A stretch of 40,669 nucleotides of DNA from an uncultured Thermoanaerobaculia bacterium (GTDB taxonomy: Bacteria > Acidobacteriota > Thermoanaerobaculia > Multivoradales > DATKCC01): NCBI GenBank assembly GCA_964560325.1, contig CAZLLV010000407.1, positions 1-40,669 of the forward strand, given 5' to 3'. The translations under genes were made by a program, and so were the position numbers. The stretch's first letter is position 1. The number at the start of each line of letters is the position of its first letter. The notes beneath the pieces were generated by a model. That model did not search any database. It was not told the DNA's origin and saw only the letters and a list, made by a program, of their open reading frames with translations. Positions 1-8,249 of this stretch are shown one piece after another.

Positions 1-943
1 CCCGCGCCACCGCCCGCGACGCCGTCGGCCGGCCCATCTCCGCCGCCAGCTCGCCGTAGGTGACCGTCTCGCCGCACGGGATCGCGAGCAGCCGCTCCCA
101 GACCGCCTCCTGCCAGGGCGTGCCCGGCGCCTCGATCGGGATCGAGAACTCCCGCCGGGTGCCGGAGAAGTACTCCGCCACCTCCGCCTCGACCCGCGAG
201 AGCAGGTCGTTCTCCCCCGGCACCACCGTACCGGACAGCCGCTCCTTCATCCGCCGGAGCTGGAGCGGCAGCATCCGCCGGTCGGCGAACTCGAGCAGCG
301 CCAGCGCCTCGTCGGTCGCCGCCGCCACCATGCTGCCGAGCGGCGTCGAGAAGCGGCGCAGCACGATCCGCGGTGCCGACGCCGCCCCGGTCGGCGCCAC
401 GCCGGCGAGCTTGCGGAACGCCTCGTTGAAGCCGGAGAGCGAGTCGAACCCGTGGTCGAAGGCGGCGTCGATCACCTTGTCGCCGTCCTTTATGCGGGTG
501 AGCGCGAGGCCGAGCCGGCGCGACCGGGTGTAGGCGTGGAAGGTCATGCCGTGGGTCGCCTTGAACCAGCGGCGCACCCGGTCCGGCTCGAGGTCGAGCG
601 CGCGCAGGTCCTCGTCCTTCCAGCGCCGCGCCGGCTCGTCCTCGACCGCCGCCAGCAGCTCGCGCAGCCACCCCGGCGGGCTGCCCGCCGGCTCCATCGG
701 CCGGCAGCGCTTGCACGGCCGGTAGCCGGCGAAGAGCGCCTCGCGGCAGGTCGGAAAGAACTCGACGTTCTCCGGCCGCGGCTTCTTCGCGGTGCACGAC
801 GGGCGGCAGAAGATGCCGGTCGTCCGCACGCCGGTCACGAAGACGCCCTCGTACGAAGGATCGCGGCCCGAGAAGGCCGAGAGCATCTCGGCGCGGGGTG
901 GAAGGGTGGGGGTGGTTTCGATCATCGCCATCGTCGCGGTCAT
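1..943 (-). CDS. ada: Ada-type bifunctional regulator / methylated-DNA--protein-cysteine methyltransferase (3' end runs off the left edge)
   Basis: Absent from the ORF track because it has no stop in the window. Minus strand from the ATG (complement of 941-943), preceded by gaaaGGAGctacc, reads MTATMAMIETTP...GIFCRPSCTAKKPRPENVEFF...GYRPCKRCRP (Ada N-terminal Cys4 methyl-acceptor). This is followed by an AraC-type HTH (AFDHGFDSLSGFNEAFRK) and an Ogt/MGMT-like part (LLAIPCGETVTYGELAAEMGRPTASRAVAR). The frame is still open at base 1. Confidence 0.85.
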   Translation of the reverse strand, partial: MTATMAMIETTPTLPPRAEMLSAFSGRDPSYEGVFVTGVRTTGIFCRPSCTAKKPRPENVEFFPTCREALFAGYRPCKRCRPMEPAGSPPGWLRELLAAVEDEPARRWKDEDLRALDLEPDRVRRWFKATHGMTFHAYTRSRRLGLALTRIKDGDKVIDAAFDHGFDSLSGFNEAFRKLAGVAPTGAASAPRIVLRRFSTPLGSMVAAATDEALALLEFADRRMLPLQLRRMKERLSGTVVPGENDLLSRVEAEVAEYFSGTRREFSIPIEAPGTPWQEAVWERLLAIPCGETVTYGELAAEMGRPTASRAVAR

Positions 944-1025
944 GGTAGCTCCTTTCGTGACCGCCACACTACGCGCGCCGACGCCCCGCCTCCACCGGGA
1001 ACTTCGGATCGAATTCAGGCGGGGA

Positions 1026-2135
1026 TCACGAGCACCGGACCGTCACCCGGTGCCAGGCGTGGTTCATGTAGCCCTTGAAGTTCCAGACGCCGGCGACGCT
1101 CTCGGGTTGGGTGTTGGCCGAAGAGTCCCAGGCGCGGCAGGCGAGCTCGTGCTCGCCCGGAGGCAGGTCGATCTCGGCGTGCCAGAGCGACCAGACGCCG
1201 GGCGGCGCCGGATCGTGCTCCGCCGTGACCCAGCGCTCGCCGCCGTCGGACGAGACCTCGACCCGCTCGACCGTCCGCTCGCCGCCCGCCATGGCGTAGC
1301 CGCGAACCGTTACCCGGCCGGCGGGCACCTCGGCGCCGGGGGCGGGCGAGCAGATCGCCGAGGTGACGGAGAGCTCGCCGAGCATCAGGCCGCGCCGCCA
1401 GTCGACCGTCTCCGGCCCGACGTGGGGCGGGAAGAGCTTGTAGGAGCGCGCCTGGTAGTAGTTCTCGGACGGCTCGTCCTGGACCGTCACCGAGCCCACC
1501 CACTTGACGCTCCGGGCGCCGATGTAGCCCGGCACCACGACCCGGAGCGGGAAGCCGTGAACCGGCTCGAGCGGCGCGCCGTTCATCTCGTAGGCGAGGA
1601 GCACGTCGTTCCCCCCTCCATGGGATCGAATCGCGCGGGCGAGCGGAATCGAGGCGCCGAAGCCGATCGTCTCGCCCTCCTTCTCGATCTCGTCGAGCCC
1701 CAGGAAGGCGACGTGGCCGCCCCCCGGAAGATCGGCCTCGACGCCCGCGGCCCGCAGCACCGCCGCGAGCGGCGCACCTCGCCAGCGGGCGTTGCCGAGG
1801 GCGGTGCGGCCCCACGGGGTCTCGCCCGGGATCGGCCGGACGGCGATCAGCTCGTCGCGCCGGTTGCCGGCGCACTGGAGGGTCGCCTCGACATCGGCCA
1901 CCGGGAAGTCGCGGCGCAGCTCGTCGATCGAGAGGCGGAGCGATCGCTCGACCCGCCCGCCGACCTCGAGACGGAAACCCTCCGGATCGATCGCCGGCAC
2001 CGGCGCGTGGTTGCGGACGTAGAAGAGCTCGTTCGGCGTGACCGCGGACTCGACCAGGAGGTCGGCCGGCGGCTCGCCGTTCCAGGGGGTGTCGGAGAGG
2101 GAGTCGAATCGGGGGTGCTTGGTCCGGTCGGTCAT
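1026..2135 (-). CDS. Sulfite oxidase-family molybdopterin oxidoreductase (SUOX fold with C-terminal dimerisation domain)
   Basis: ORF 1026..2156. Motifs: FYVRNHAPVP, ATLQCAGNRR, GNARWRGAPL, HGFPLRVVVPGYIGARSVKWV, then an Ig-like Moco dimerisation part (RVEVSSDGGERW...W). ATG at 2135 (MTDRTK) preferred; an in-frame GTG at 2156 is the alternative. Confidence 0.85.
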   Translation of the reverse strand: MTDRTKHPRFDSLSDTPWNGEPPADLLVESAVTPNELFYVRNHAPVPAIDPEGFRLEVGGRVERSLRLSIDELRRDFPVADVEATLQCAGNRRDELIAVRPIPGETPWGRTALGNARWRGAPLAAVLRAAGVEADLPGGGHVAFLGLDEIEKEGETIGFGASIPLARAIRSHGGGNDVLLAYEMNGAPLEPVHGFPLRVVVPGYIGARSVKWVGSVTVQDEPSENYYQARSYKLFPPHVGPETVDWRRGLMLGELSVTSAICSPAPGAEVPAGRVTVRGYAMAGGERTVERVEVSSDGGERWVTAEHDPAPPGVWSLWHAEIDLPPGEHELACRAWDSSANTQPESVAGVWNFKGYMNHAWHRVTVRCS

Positions 2136-2237
2136 CACCGGCGGACTGTAACGCACCCACCTCGACGTCCCATACCCGCACCTCTAGGCCGACCCACGAC
2201 CCACGGGGGTCGGTAGCCCGGGACTCATTGTCCCTCG

Positions 2238-2266
2238 TTGACATTCTCTTTAGATTATGCATATAT
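2238..2266 (+). promoter_or_regulatory. Putative sigma70-type promoter for the reprolysin-like protease gene
   Basis: TTGACA (2238-2243), 17 nt spacer, ATATAT (2261-2266). It lies in a local AT-rich island in otherwise GC-rich DNA. AAAGGAG RBS at 2296-2302, ATG at 2310. Confidence 0.4.
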
Positions 2267-2309
2267 CCGCCTACACAAATAAACGGGCGCTACGAAAGGA
2301 GCTCCGCCC

Positions 2310-4328
2310 ATGCAGCCCACGATCCGTTCGATCTTCGCCCTCGCCGTCCTGGCACTCTCTCTCCCGATCCTCACGCCTCCAGCCGCCGCCGCGCCACCCA
2401 CGGCCGATCCACCGCGCCTCTTCCTCGACGCCGATCCGCTTCCGGCGGCCCCCGAAGCGGACGAACGGATCCTGCGGCAGCGCGTGGTCCGCGTCGACTT
2501 CACGGCCCTCGACGACGCCGCGGAGCGGGCGACACGTGGTCGCCGGGCTTCGGCCGGACGCCTCACTCTCAACCTCTTTCCCGGTTTCTCGCCGGTCACC
2601 GAGCTCGACGAGCTCCGCTCCGAGACTCCTTCCTCGCTATCCTGGGTTGGCCACCTGATCGGCGAGCGCGCTGGACAGGTCACTCTGGTGTGGGGCGACG
2701 GCGTCCTGGTCGGTCACCTGTGGCACGGCGACGAGGCCTACCGTATCCGCTACCTGGGCGGTGACCTCCACGTCGTCGAGCAGCTCGACCCGGCCGCCTT
2801 CCCCGCCGAGGCCGAGCCCATCGTCCCACCGCAGGGCCTTTCCGAGGCTCTCTCCGCGGGGGAGCCCGAGCTGACAGCCCAGGCGGACAGCGGCGCCACG
2901 ATCGACGTCCTCGTCGTCTACACGGCAGCGGCCCGCTCGGCGGCCGGCGGAACCTCCGCCATCCAATCCGAGATCGCCGGTGCGATCTCCGACACCAACA
3001 CCGCCTTCTCCAACAGCAACGTCGTCCAGCGGGTGAACCTGATCCACACGGCCGAGGTCGACTACGACGAGTCCGGGAGCGCGTCCACCGTGCTCGGCCG
3101 ACTCCGTAACACCAGCGACGGCCACATGGACACCGTCCACGCACTGCGCGACATCTACCGCGCCGATCTCGTGGCACTCGTAGTGTCCAGCTTGTCGGGC
3201 GCCTGCGGCATCGGCTACCTCATGCAGACCGAGAGCACGAGCTTCGCGTCGAACGCCTTCTCGGTGACCGACCGTGACTGCTTCATCCAGTACACCCTGG
3301 CCCACGAGATGGGGCACAACATGGGGAGCCACCACGATCCGGCGAACGCCGGCAGCACCCCGGTGTTCTCCTACTCGTACGGCTACCAGGACGCCACCAA
3401 CGGCTTCCGCACCGTGATGGCTTACCCCTGCGCCGGCTCGTGCCCGCGGATCCGCCACTGGTCGGACGACACGATTCTCTACATGGGCCACGCTACCGGC
3501 GACGCCGACCAAGACAACGCGCGGTCCCTCAACAACGTACGAACCACCGTCGCCAACTTCCGCGACTCGGGTGCCGCCTGCTCGTCGACCTCGAAGAACC
3601 TTTGCATGCACAGCAACCGGTTCGAGGCCAACGTGACCTGGTACAACCCGTCCGATGGTGCCCGCGGGATCGCGACCTCGATCTCCGACACGAGCTCGTC
3701 GGGCTACTTCTGGTTCTTCGGGAGCTCGAACGTAGAGACCGCCCTGAAGATCCTCGACGGGACCTCCGTCAACGGCAAGTACTGGTTGTTCCACGGCAGC
3801 CTGACCGGAACCGAGTACACGCTCCGGGTTCGCGACACCACGAACAAGACGGTGAAGACCTACACCAAGGCGGCCAGCAGCTACTGCGGCGCCGGAGACA
3901 CCGGGGCGTTCGCGCTGGAGATCCCCGGACCGATCCTCGAGGAGGAGTTTCCCGAGGCCGGTGGCGCGGGCGGCGGCGCGAACCCCGAAGGCCCGATCGC
4001 GCAACTCGGCTCGTGCACGGCGAACACCACCACGGTCTGCCTGCTCTCCAACCGGTTCGCGGTGCGCGTGAAGAAGGGCGGGGTCTACCAGAGCGGCGAC
4101 GACATCACCTCGCTCACCGGCATCTTCTGGTTCGTCAACCGGAGTACCCCCGAGGTGGTAGTCAAGACCCTCGACGGCACCGGCATCAACGGGAACTACT
4201 GGGTGTTCTACGGCTCTCTCACCGATCAGTCGTACCAGGTCGAGGTCACCGACACGGTCACCTCGACGACCAACATCTACACGCCGCCGGCATCGCTCTG
4301 CGGCGACGCGGACCTCGCGGCGTTCTGA
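2310..4328 (+). CDS. Secreted reprolysin-like (M12B-type metzincin) zinc metalloprotease with two C-terminal ~105-aa repeat modules
   Basis: Signal peptide MQPTIRSIFALAVLALSLPILTPPAAAA. Zinc site HEMGHNMGSHHD (nt 3303-3338) matches the HExxHxxGxxHD adamalysin signature, with a possible Met-turn at TVMAYP. The C-terminus holds two homologous modules (nt 3579-3911 and 4014-4325). Strong RBS. Confidence 0.85.
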   Translation: MQPTIRSIFALAVLALSLPILTPPAAAAPPTADPPRLFLDADPLPAAPEADERILRQRVVRVDFTALDDAAERATRGRRASAGRLTLNLFPGFSPVTELDELRSETPSSLSWVGHLIGERAGQVTLVWGDGVLVGHLWHGDEAYRIRYLGGDLHVVEQLDPAAFPAEAEPIVPPQGLSEALSAGEPELTAQADSGATIDVLVVYTAAARSAAGGTSAIQSEIAGAISDTNTAFSNSNVVQRVNLIHTAEVDYDESGSASTVLGRLRNTSDGHMDTVHALRDIYRADLVALVVSSLSGACGIGYLMQTESTSFASNAFSVTDRDCFIQYTLAHEMGHNMGSHHDPANAGSTPVFSYSYGYQDATNGFRTVMAYPCAGSCPRIRHWSDDTILYMGHATGDADQDNARSLNNVRTTVANFRDSGAACSSTSKNLCMHSNRFEANVTWYNPSDGARGIATSISDTSSSGYFWFFGSSNVETALKILDGTSVNGKYWLFHGSLTGTEYTLRVRDTTNKTVKTYTKAASSYCGAGDTGAFALEIPGPILEEEFPEAGGAGGGANPEGPIAQLGSCTANTTTVCLLSNRFAVRVKKGGVYQSGDDITSLTGIFWFVNRSTPEVVVKTLDGTGINGNYWVFYGSLTDQSYQVEVTDTVTSTTNIYTPPASLCGDADLAAF

Positions 4329-4350
4329 GCCGGTCGAGCTCGATGTAACG

Positions 4351-4411
4351 GCCGGCCCCCGGGAAGTCGGCCTTCCCTTTATGGAGAGGGAGCAGACCGC
4401 CGGGGGCCGGC
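4351..4411 (+). terminator. Long GC hairpin downstream of the protease gene (possible terminator or attenuator; no U-tract)
   Basis: GCCGGCCCCCGG (4351-4362) pairs perfectly with CCGGGGGCCGGC (4400-4411). The 37-nt loop contains a smaller TCCCT/AGGGA pairing. Confidence 0.3.
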
Positions 4412-4474
4412 GTCGTCGTAGGCGAGATCGGGCACAGGGATTGCTGCTCCTCCGCGGCCAGGAGGCATTCATCC

Positions 4475-4936
4475 ATGAGACGACCGACCCCGTACGTCCT
4501 CGCCCTGCTGGCGCTCCTCGCCGTCGCCGGGCTCGCCGCCCCCTCGACCCCGCTGCACGCTCAGCAGCCGACCCAGGCACCGGAGCAGCCGCCGGAGGTC
4601 CAGCCCCAGCCGTTCCCGGCGGAGCCCGAGCAGCCGCCCGCCGAGCGGCGACCGGACGAGGTCCAGCCGGCCGAGCCGGCTCCCGAAGATCCGCCCGCCG
4701 ACGTCGAGCCCTACGACTCGGAGACGGACGCGGAGGACACGGAGGTCGGCACCGAGGTCGAGATCGAGTCGCCGGTGATCGACGACGCGGGTGAGCAGGC
4801 GGACGAGACCACCGACGTGCTCGACGGAGACGCCGAGGAGGAGGCCTGGTATCGCGAGCCGCTCTGGGTGCTGATCGGGCTGGTCGCCCTGGTGGTGGTC
4901 GTGATCCTGCTCTTCGCGTCCGGGAGACGCCGGTAG
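4475..4936 (+). CDS. Hypothetical secreted acidic Pro/Glu-rich protein with a C-terminal TM anchor and terminal RRR
   Basis: AGGAGG RBS 8 nt upstream. Signal peptide MRRPTPYVLALLALLAVAGLAAPSTPLHA, a low-complexity P/E/Q/D region, then WYREPLWVLIGLVALVVVVILLFASGRRR. High GC at third codon positions. Confidence 0.7.
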   Translation: MRRPTPYVLALLALLAVAGLAAPSTPLHAQQPTQAPEQPPEVQPQPFPAEPEQPPAERRPDEVQPAEPAPEDPPADVEPYDSETDAEDTEVGTEVEIESPVIDDAGEQADETTDVLDGDAEEEAWYREPLWVLIGLVALVVVVILLFASGRRR

Positions 4937-4948
4937 GGGCCGACGGAT

Positions 4949-5025
4949 CTCCCCTCCAAACCCCTACCCTTCCTCCCCTCGCGGGGAGGGAGGGCGCCCC
5001 CACCCGAACCCTTTGCTCCGTAAGG
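4949..5025 (-). repeat. REP-like intergenic element, copy A (inverted relative to copies B and C)
   Basis: The reverse complement reads CCTTACGGAGCAAAGGGTTCGGGTGGGGGCGCCCTCCCTCCCCGCGAGGGGAGGAAGGGTAGGGGTTTGGAGGGGAG. It aligns with copies at 6063-6136 and 24878-24977. Central hairpin CCCTTCCTCCCC/GGGGAGGGAGGG. It lies between convergent genes. Confidence 0.8.
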
Positions 5026-5069
5026 CTGGATCGCATCCCGCCGCAAGCGGTCTGCCGGCGAGCGGGCAG

Positions 5070-6059
5070 TCAGGGGATCGTGACGATGACTTTCCCGACC
5101 GTGCCGCCTTCGACCACCGCGCGGTAGGCGCCGGCCACGTCCTCGAACGGGAACGTGCGCGCGACGAGCGGCCGCAGCCTGCCGTCCGCCAGCCGCTCCT
5201 CGGCGAAGGCGCGGAAGGCACCGACCAGCTCCGCCTTCTCCTCCCGCGAGCGGGCGCGCAGCACCGAGCCGCGGACCCGGAGCCGGCGCCGGAGCACGTC
5301 GGCCAGGTCGACCTCCGCGCGGCTCCCGGCGAGCACGCCGACCAGGACCAGCCGGCCGCGGTCCCGGAGCGCCGCCAGCCGCTCGCCGAAGTGCTCGCCG
5401 CCGACCAGGTCGAGCGCGAGATCGGCGCCCCGGCCGCCGGTGTGCCCCCGCACCGCTTCGGCAAGACCCGGCCCGTCGATCAGCAGCTCCTCGACGCCGA
5501 GCTCACGGAGCGGCTCCAGCCGCTCGAGGCTCCGGCCGGCCGCCAGGACCCGCGCACCGAGCTCCCGGGCGAGCTGTACGGCGAAGCTGCCGACGCCGCC
5601 GTTGGCGCCGTTGATCAGGACCGTCTCGCCCGCTTCGAGCCCGCCCTCTTTCACCAGGTTGGTCCAGGCGGTCATCGCGGCTTCCGGCACCGCGGCGGCC
5701 TCCGCGAACGACAGGCTCTCCGGCAACGGCAGGAGCTGCCCCGCCGGCACGGCGACCTTCTCCCCCATCCCGCCGCCGGCGAGAAGCGCCATCACCCGGT
5801 CGCCCGCGCGCCAGCCCTCGACCTCGCCGCCGACCGCCTCGATCACGCCGGCGCACTCGAGCCCCGGCACCGCGCTCTCGCCCGGTGGCGGCGGGTAGAG
5901 GCCGCGGAGCTGGAGGAGGTCGGCCCGGTTGAGCCCCGCCGCCCGCACCGCGACCCGCACCTCGAACGCAGAAAACCCCGGCTCGGGGACCTCCACGAGC
6001 CGGGGCTCCGGATCGGCCGGCCGCTCACCGCGGCCGACAGGCGTCAAGGCCAGCACCAC
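5070..6059 (-). CDS. qor: NADPH:quinone oxidoreductase (zeta-crystallin / MDR superfamily)
   Basis: EVRVAVRAAGLNRADLLQLRGLYPPPPG...PGLECAGVIEAVG, a Rossmann motif INGANGGVGSFAVQLA, and C-terminal GKVIVTIP. The start is GTG. Confidence 0.85.
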   Translation of the reverse strand: MVLALTPVGRGERPADPEPRLVEVPEPGFSAFEVRVAVRAAGLNRADLLQLRGLYPPPPGESAVPGLECAGVIEAVGGEVEGWRAGDRVMALLAGGGMGEKVAVPAGQLLPLPESLSFAEAAAVPEAAMTAWTNLVKEGGLEAGETVLINGANGGVGSFAVQLARELGARVLAAGRSLERLEPLRELGVEELLIDGPGLAEAVRGHTGGRGADLALDLVGGEHFGERLAALRDRGRLVLVGVLAGSRAEVDLADVLRRRLRVRGSVLRARSREEKAELVGAFRAFAEERLADGRLRPLVARTFPFEDVAGAYRAVVEGGTVGKVIVTIP

Positions 6060-6062
6060 ACT

Positions 6063-6136
6063 CTCCTCAGCAAACGGCTCGGGAGGGGGCGCCCTTTCTC
6101 CCCGCGCGGGGAGAAAGGGAAGGGGTTCAGAGGGGC
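6063..6136 (+). repeat. REP-like intergenic element, copy B (intact 14-bp palindromic stem)
   Basis: CTCCTCAGCAAACGGCTCGGGAGGGGGCGCCCTTTCTCCCCGCGCGGGGAGAAAGGGAAGGGGTTCAGAGGGGCG. CCCTTTCTCCCCGC (6092-6105) pairs with GCGGGGAGAAAGGG (6106-6119). It sits directly 3' of the acyl-CoA dehydrogenase stop codon. Confidence 0.85.
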
Positions 6137-6138
6137 GA

Positions 6139-8072
6139 TCAAGTCGTCACGGGCTCCGGCTTCAGCGAGGCGTCCTCGTCCTCCGACGTCGCCTCCTCCG
6201 AGCCCTTCGGGGCCAGCGACTCGCCCGGTCTCACCACCTTCATCGTCCCCTCCTCCAGCCACAGATGCTCACCCTTCAGCACCCGCTGGGCGACCCGGTA
6301 CTTCAGCTCGTCGTCGTTGTGCCAGAGCTCGTGGAACAACCGCTGCACCGTGCGCCGCGACCCGCGGCAGAAGAGATCGGCGATCTCGACCGCCCGCGAG
6401 GCCTCGGGGTGCCCCTCGACCACCATCGCGTGCGCCCTCGAGACCGAGCTCGTGATCGCGAACAGCTCGTTCGCCACGTCGACCAGCCGGAAGAGGAACG
6501 CCTGCTTGTTCTGGAGCTTCGGACCGAAGACGACCATGCCGTGGAAGATCTCTCGCGAAAGCTTCCGCGAGCTCCGCTCGGCGAAGCGCAGGTGGCCGGC
6601 GAGCGGCCCGAACTCGGAGAACGCCGGCGGCAGGCTCCAGCCGAGCCAGCGGGTCGGGTACCAGGAGGCGTAGAAGGCGGCGATCTTCGGCAGCGCGGCC
6701 GCCTTCTCGCCCAAGCTCTTCTTCGGGTCGATCAGCTCGCCCGAGACCTCGAGGTGCTTGTCCACGGCCTCGCGCGCCATGAACAGGTGCATGATCTCGC
6801 TCGACCCCTCGAAGATCTTGTTGATCCGGTAGTCGCGCATCATGCGCTCGACCGGCACCGGCTCCTCGCCGCGCGCCGCCAGCGACCCCTCCGTCTCGTA
6901 GCCCCGGCCGCCGCGAATCTGCATCGTCTCGTCGATGATCTGCCAGCCGCGGAGGGTGTTCCACTCTTTCGAGGCGGCGGCCTCGAGGCGGATGTCGAAG
7001 CCCTTGTCGTCGGCCATCGCGGTCGCCAGCTCGACCATCGACTGCATGGCGAAGCCGAAGCCGGCGATGTCCGCCACCTTGTGGGCGATCGCCTCGTGCT
7101 GGCCGATCGGCTTGCCCCACTGCACCCGCTCGCTCGACCATTTGCGGACGATCTCGAGGCACGCCTTGGCGACGCCCGCCGAGCCGTTCGGGATCGACAG
7201 GCGGCCGTCGTTGAGCGTGGTGAGGGCGATCTTCAGGCCCTTGCCCTCGTCGCCGATCAGGTTGTCGACCGGCACCTTCACCTGGTCGAAGTCGATCACC
7301 GCGTTGGCCAGGGCGCGCAGGCCCATGAAGTGGCAGCGGTGCTCGACGATGACGCCCGGGCTGTCCATCTCGACCACGAACGCACTGATCTTGCGGCTCT
7401 CCTTCTGCGCCGCCATCACCACGATCAGGTCGGCGATCGTGCCGTTGGTGCACCAGAGCTTGCGGCCGTCGAGGATGTAGTGCTCGCCGTCGGCGGTCTT
7501 CTCGTAGGTGGTGAGCAGGCGCGCCGGGTCGGAGCCGACCTGGGTCTCGGTCAGGGCGAAAGCCGAGATCTCGCCCCGGGCGCAGCGCGGCAGGAACTTT
7601 TTCTTCTGCGCCTCGGTGCCGAACAGCTTGAGCGGCTGCGGCACGCCGATCGACTGGTGGGCGGAGAGCAGCGCCGAGATGTTGCCGTCGTAGGTGCCGA
7701 GCAGGTGCATGACCTTCTGGTACTCGCGCTGGGAAAACCCCAAGCCGCCGTACTCCTTCGGGATCTTCATACCGAAAGCGCCGAGCTTTTTCAGCCCGTC
7801 GACCACGTGATCGGGGTACTCACCCTCGCGGTCGATCGCGCCCGGGTCGACCTCGTTCTTCAGGAACTCGCGCAGGGCGTTGTAGAAGGCCCCGAACTCG
7901 GGCCGGTCCTCGGCCGCGGCGAGCGGGTAGGGGTGAACGAGATCGAGCCGGAAGTTCCCGAGGAACATCTCGCGCATGAAGCTCGGCTTGGACCAACCCT
8001 TCTCGCGCGACGCCTCGGCCACCTCCATCGCTTCGGCTTCGCTGACGTGACGGACTTTCTGCTCTTTCATCT
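6139..8072 (-). CDS. Long-form acyl-CoA dehydrogenase (VLCAD/ACAD9-like, with C-terminal extension domain)
   Basis: Start chosen at ATG 8072 (MKEQKVRHVSEAE), preceded by GAGGAGAG. ACAD core motifs present: GLGFSQREY, ISAFALTETQVGSDPA, WCTNG, QIRGGRGYETE, INKIFEGSSEIM. An additional ~180-aa C-terminal region follows. Confidence 0.9.
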
Positions 8073-8157
8073 GCGCTCTCCTCGGGTGTCGTCGTTTCTC
8101 TACTCGTCCATCGTAGCATCCGCCGCGTCGCGGCACAAGGGCCGCATTGCGGCAAGC

Positions 8158-8169
8158 ACGAACGTTCGT
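8158..8169. promoter_or_regulatory. 12-bp perfect palindrome ACGAACGTTCGT upstream of the acyl-CoA dehydrogenase gene (candidate operator)
   Basis: Perfect dyad read directly, about 86 nt upstream of the ATG at 8072. Function is inferred only. Confidence 0.2.
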
Positions 8170-8249
8170 TTTTTCGCCGTGCACACGCCCTCGGGGTCAC
8201 GAGGGGTACCGACATCATACCGCGCTCGTCCGCCCGCCGGACGCCGCCC

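Noticed and set aside
60-1078. Plus-strand ORFs 60..533 and 452..1078
   Set aside because: They are antisense to the Ada-type gene, whose zinc-finger, HTH and MGMT motifs are clear. Their translations are Ser/Arg/Pro-rich with no motifs.
4351-4411. Hairpin after the protease gene considered as a fourth REP copy
   Set aside because: The stem and flank sequences do not align with the consensus of the three REP-like copies. It is treated as an independent hairpin.
2637-5036. 799-aa minus-strand ORF
   Set aside because: It is antisense to the reprolysin-like protease and the acidic anchored protein. The translation is Arg/Pro/Gly/Ala low complexity with no motifs.
8073-8184. N-terminal extension of the ACAD ORF (and likewise 16575..17471 for rnc, and 32484..32690 for ftsY)
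   Set aside because: The extensions translate to Arg/Pro/Gly-rich sequence unrelated to the families. Internal ATGs coincide with the conserved family N-termini; an RBS precedes the ACAD ATG.
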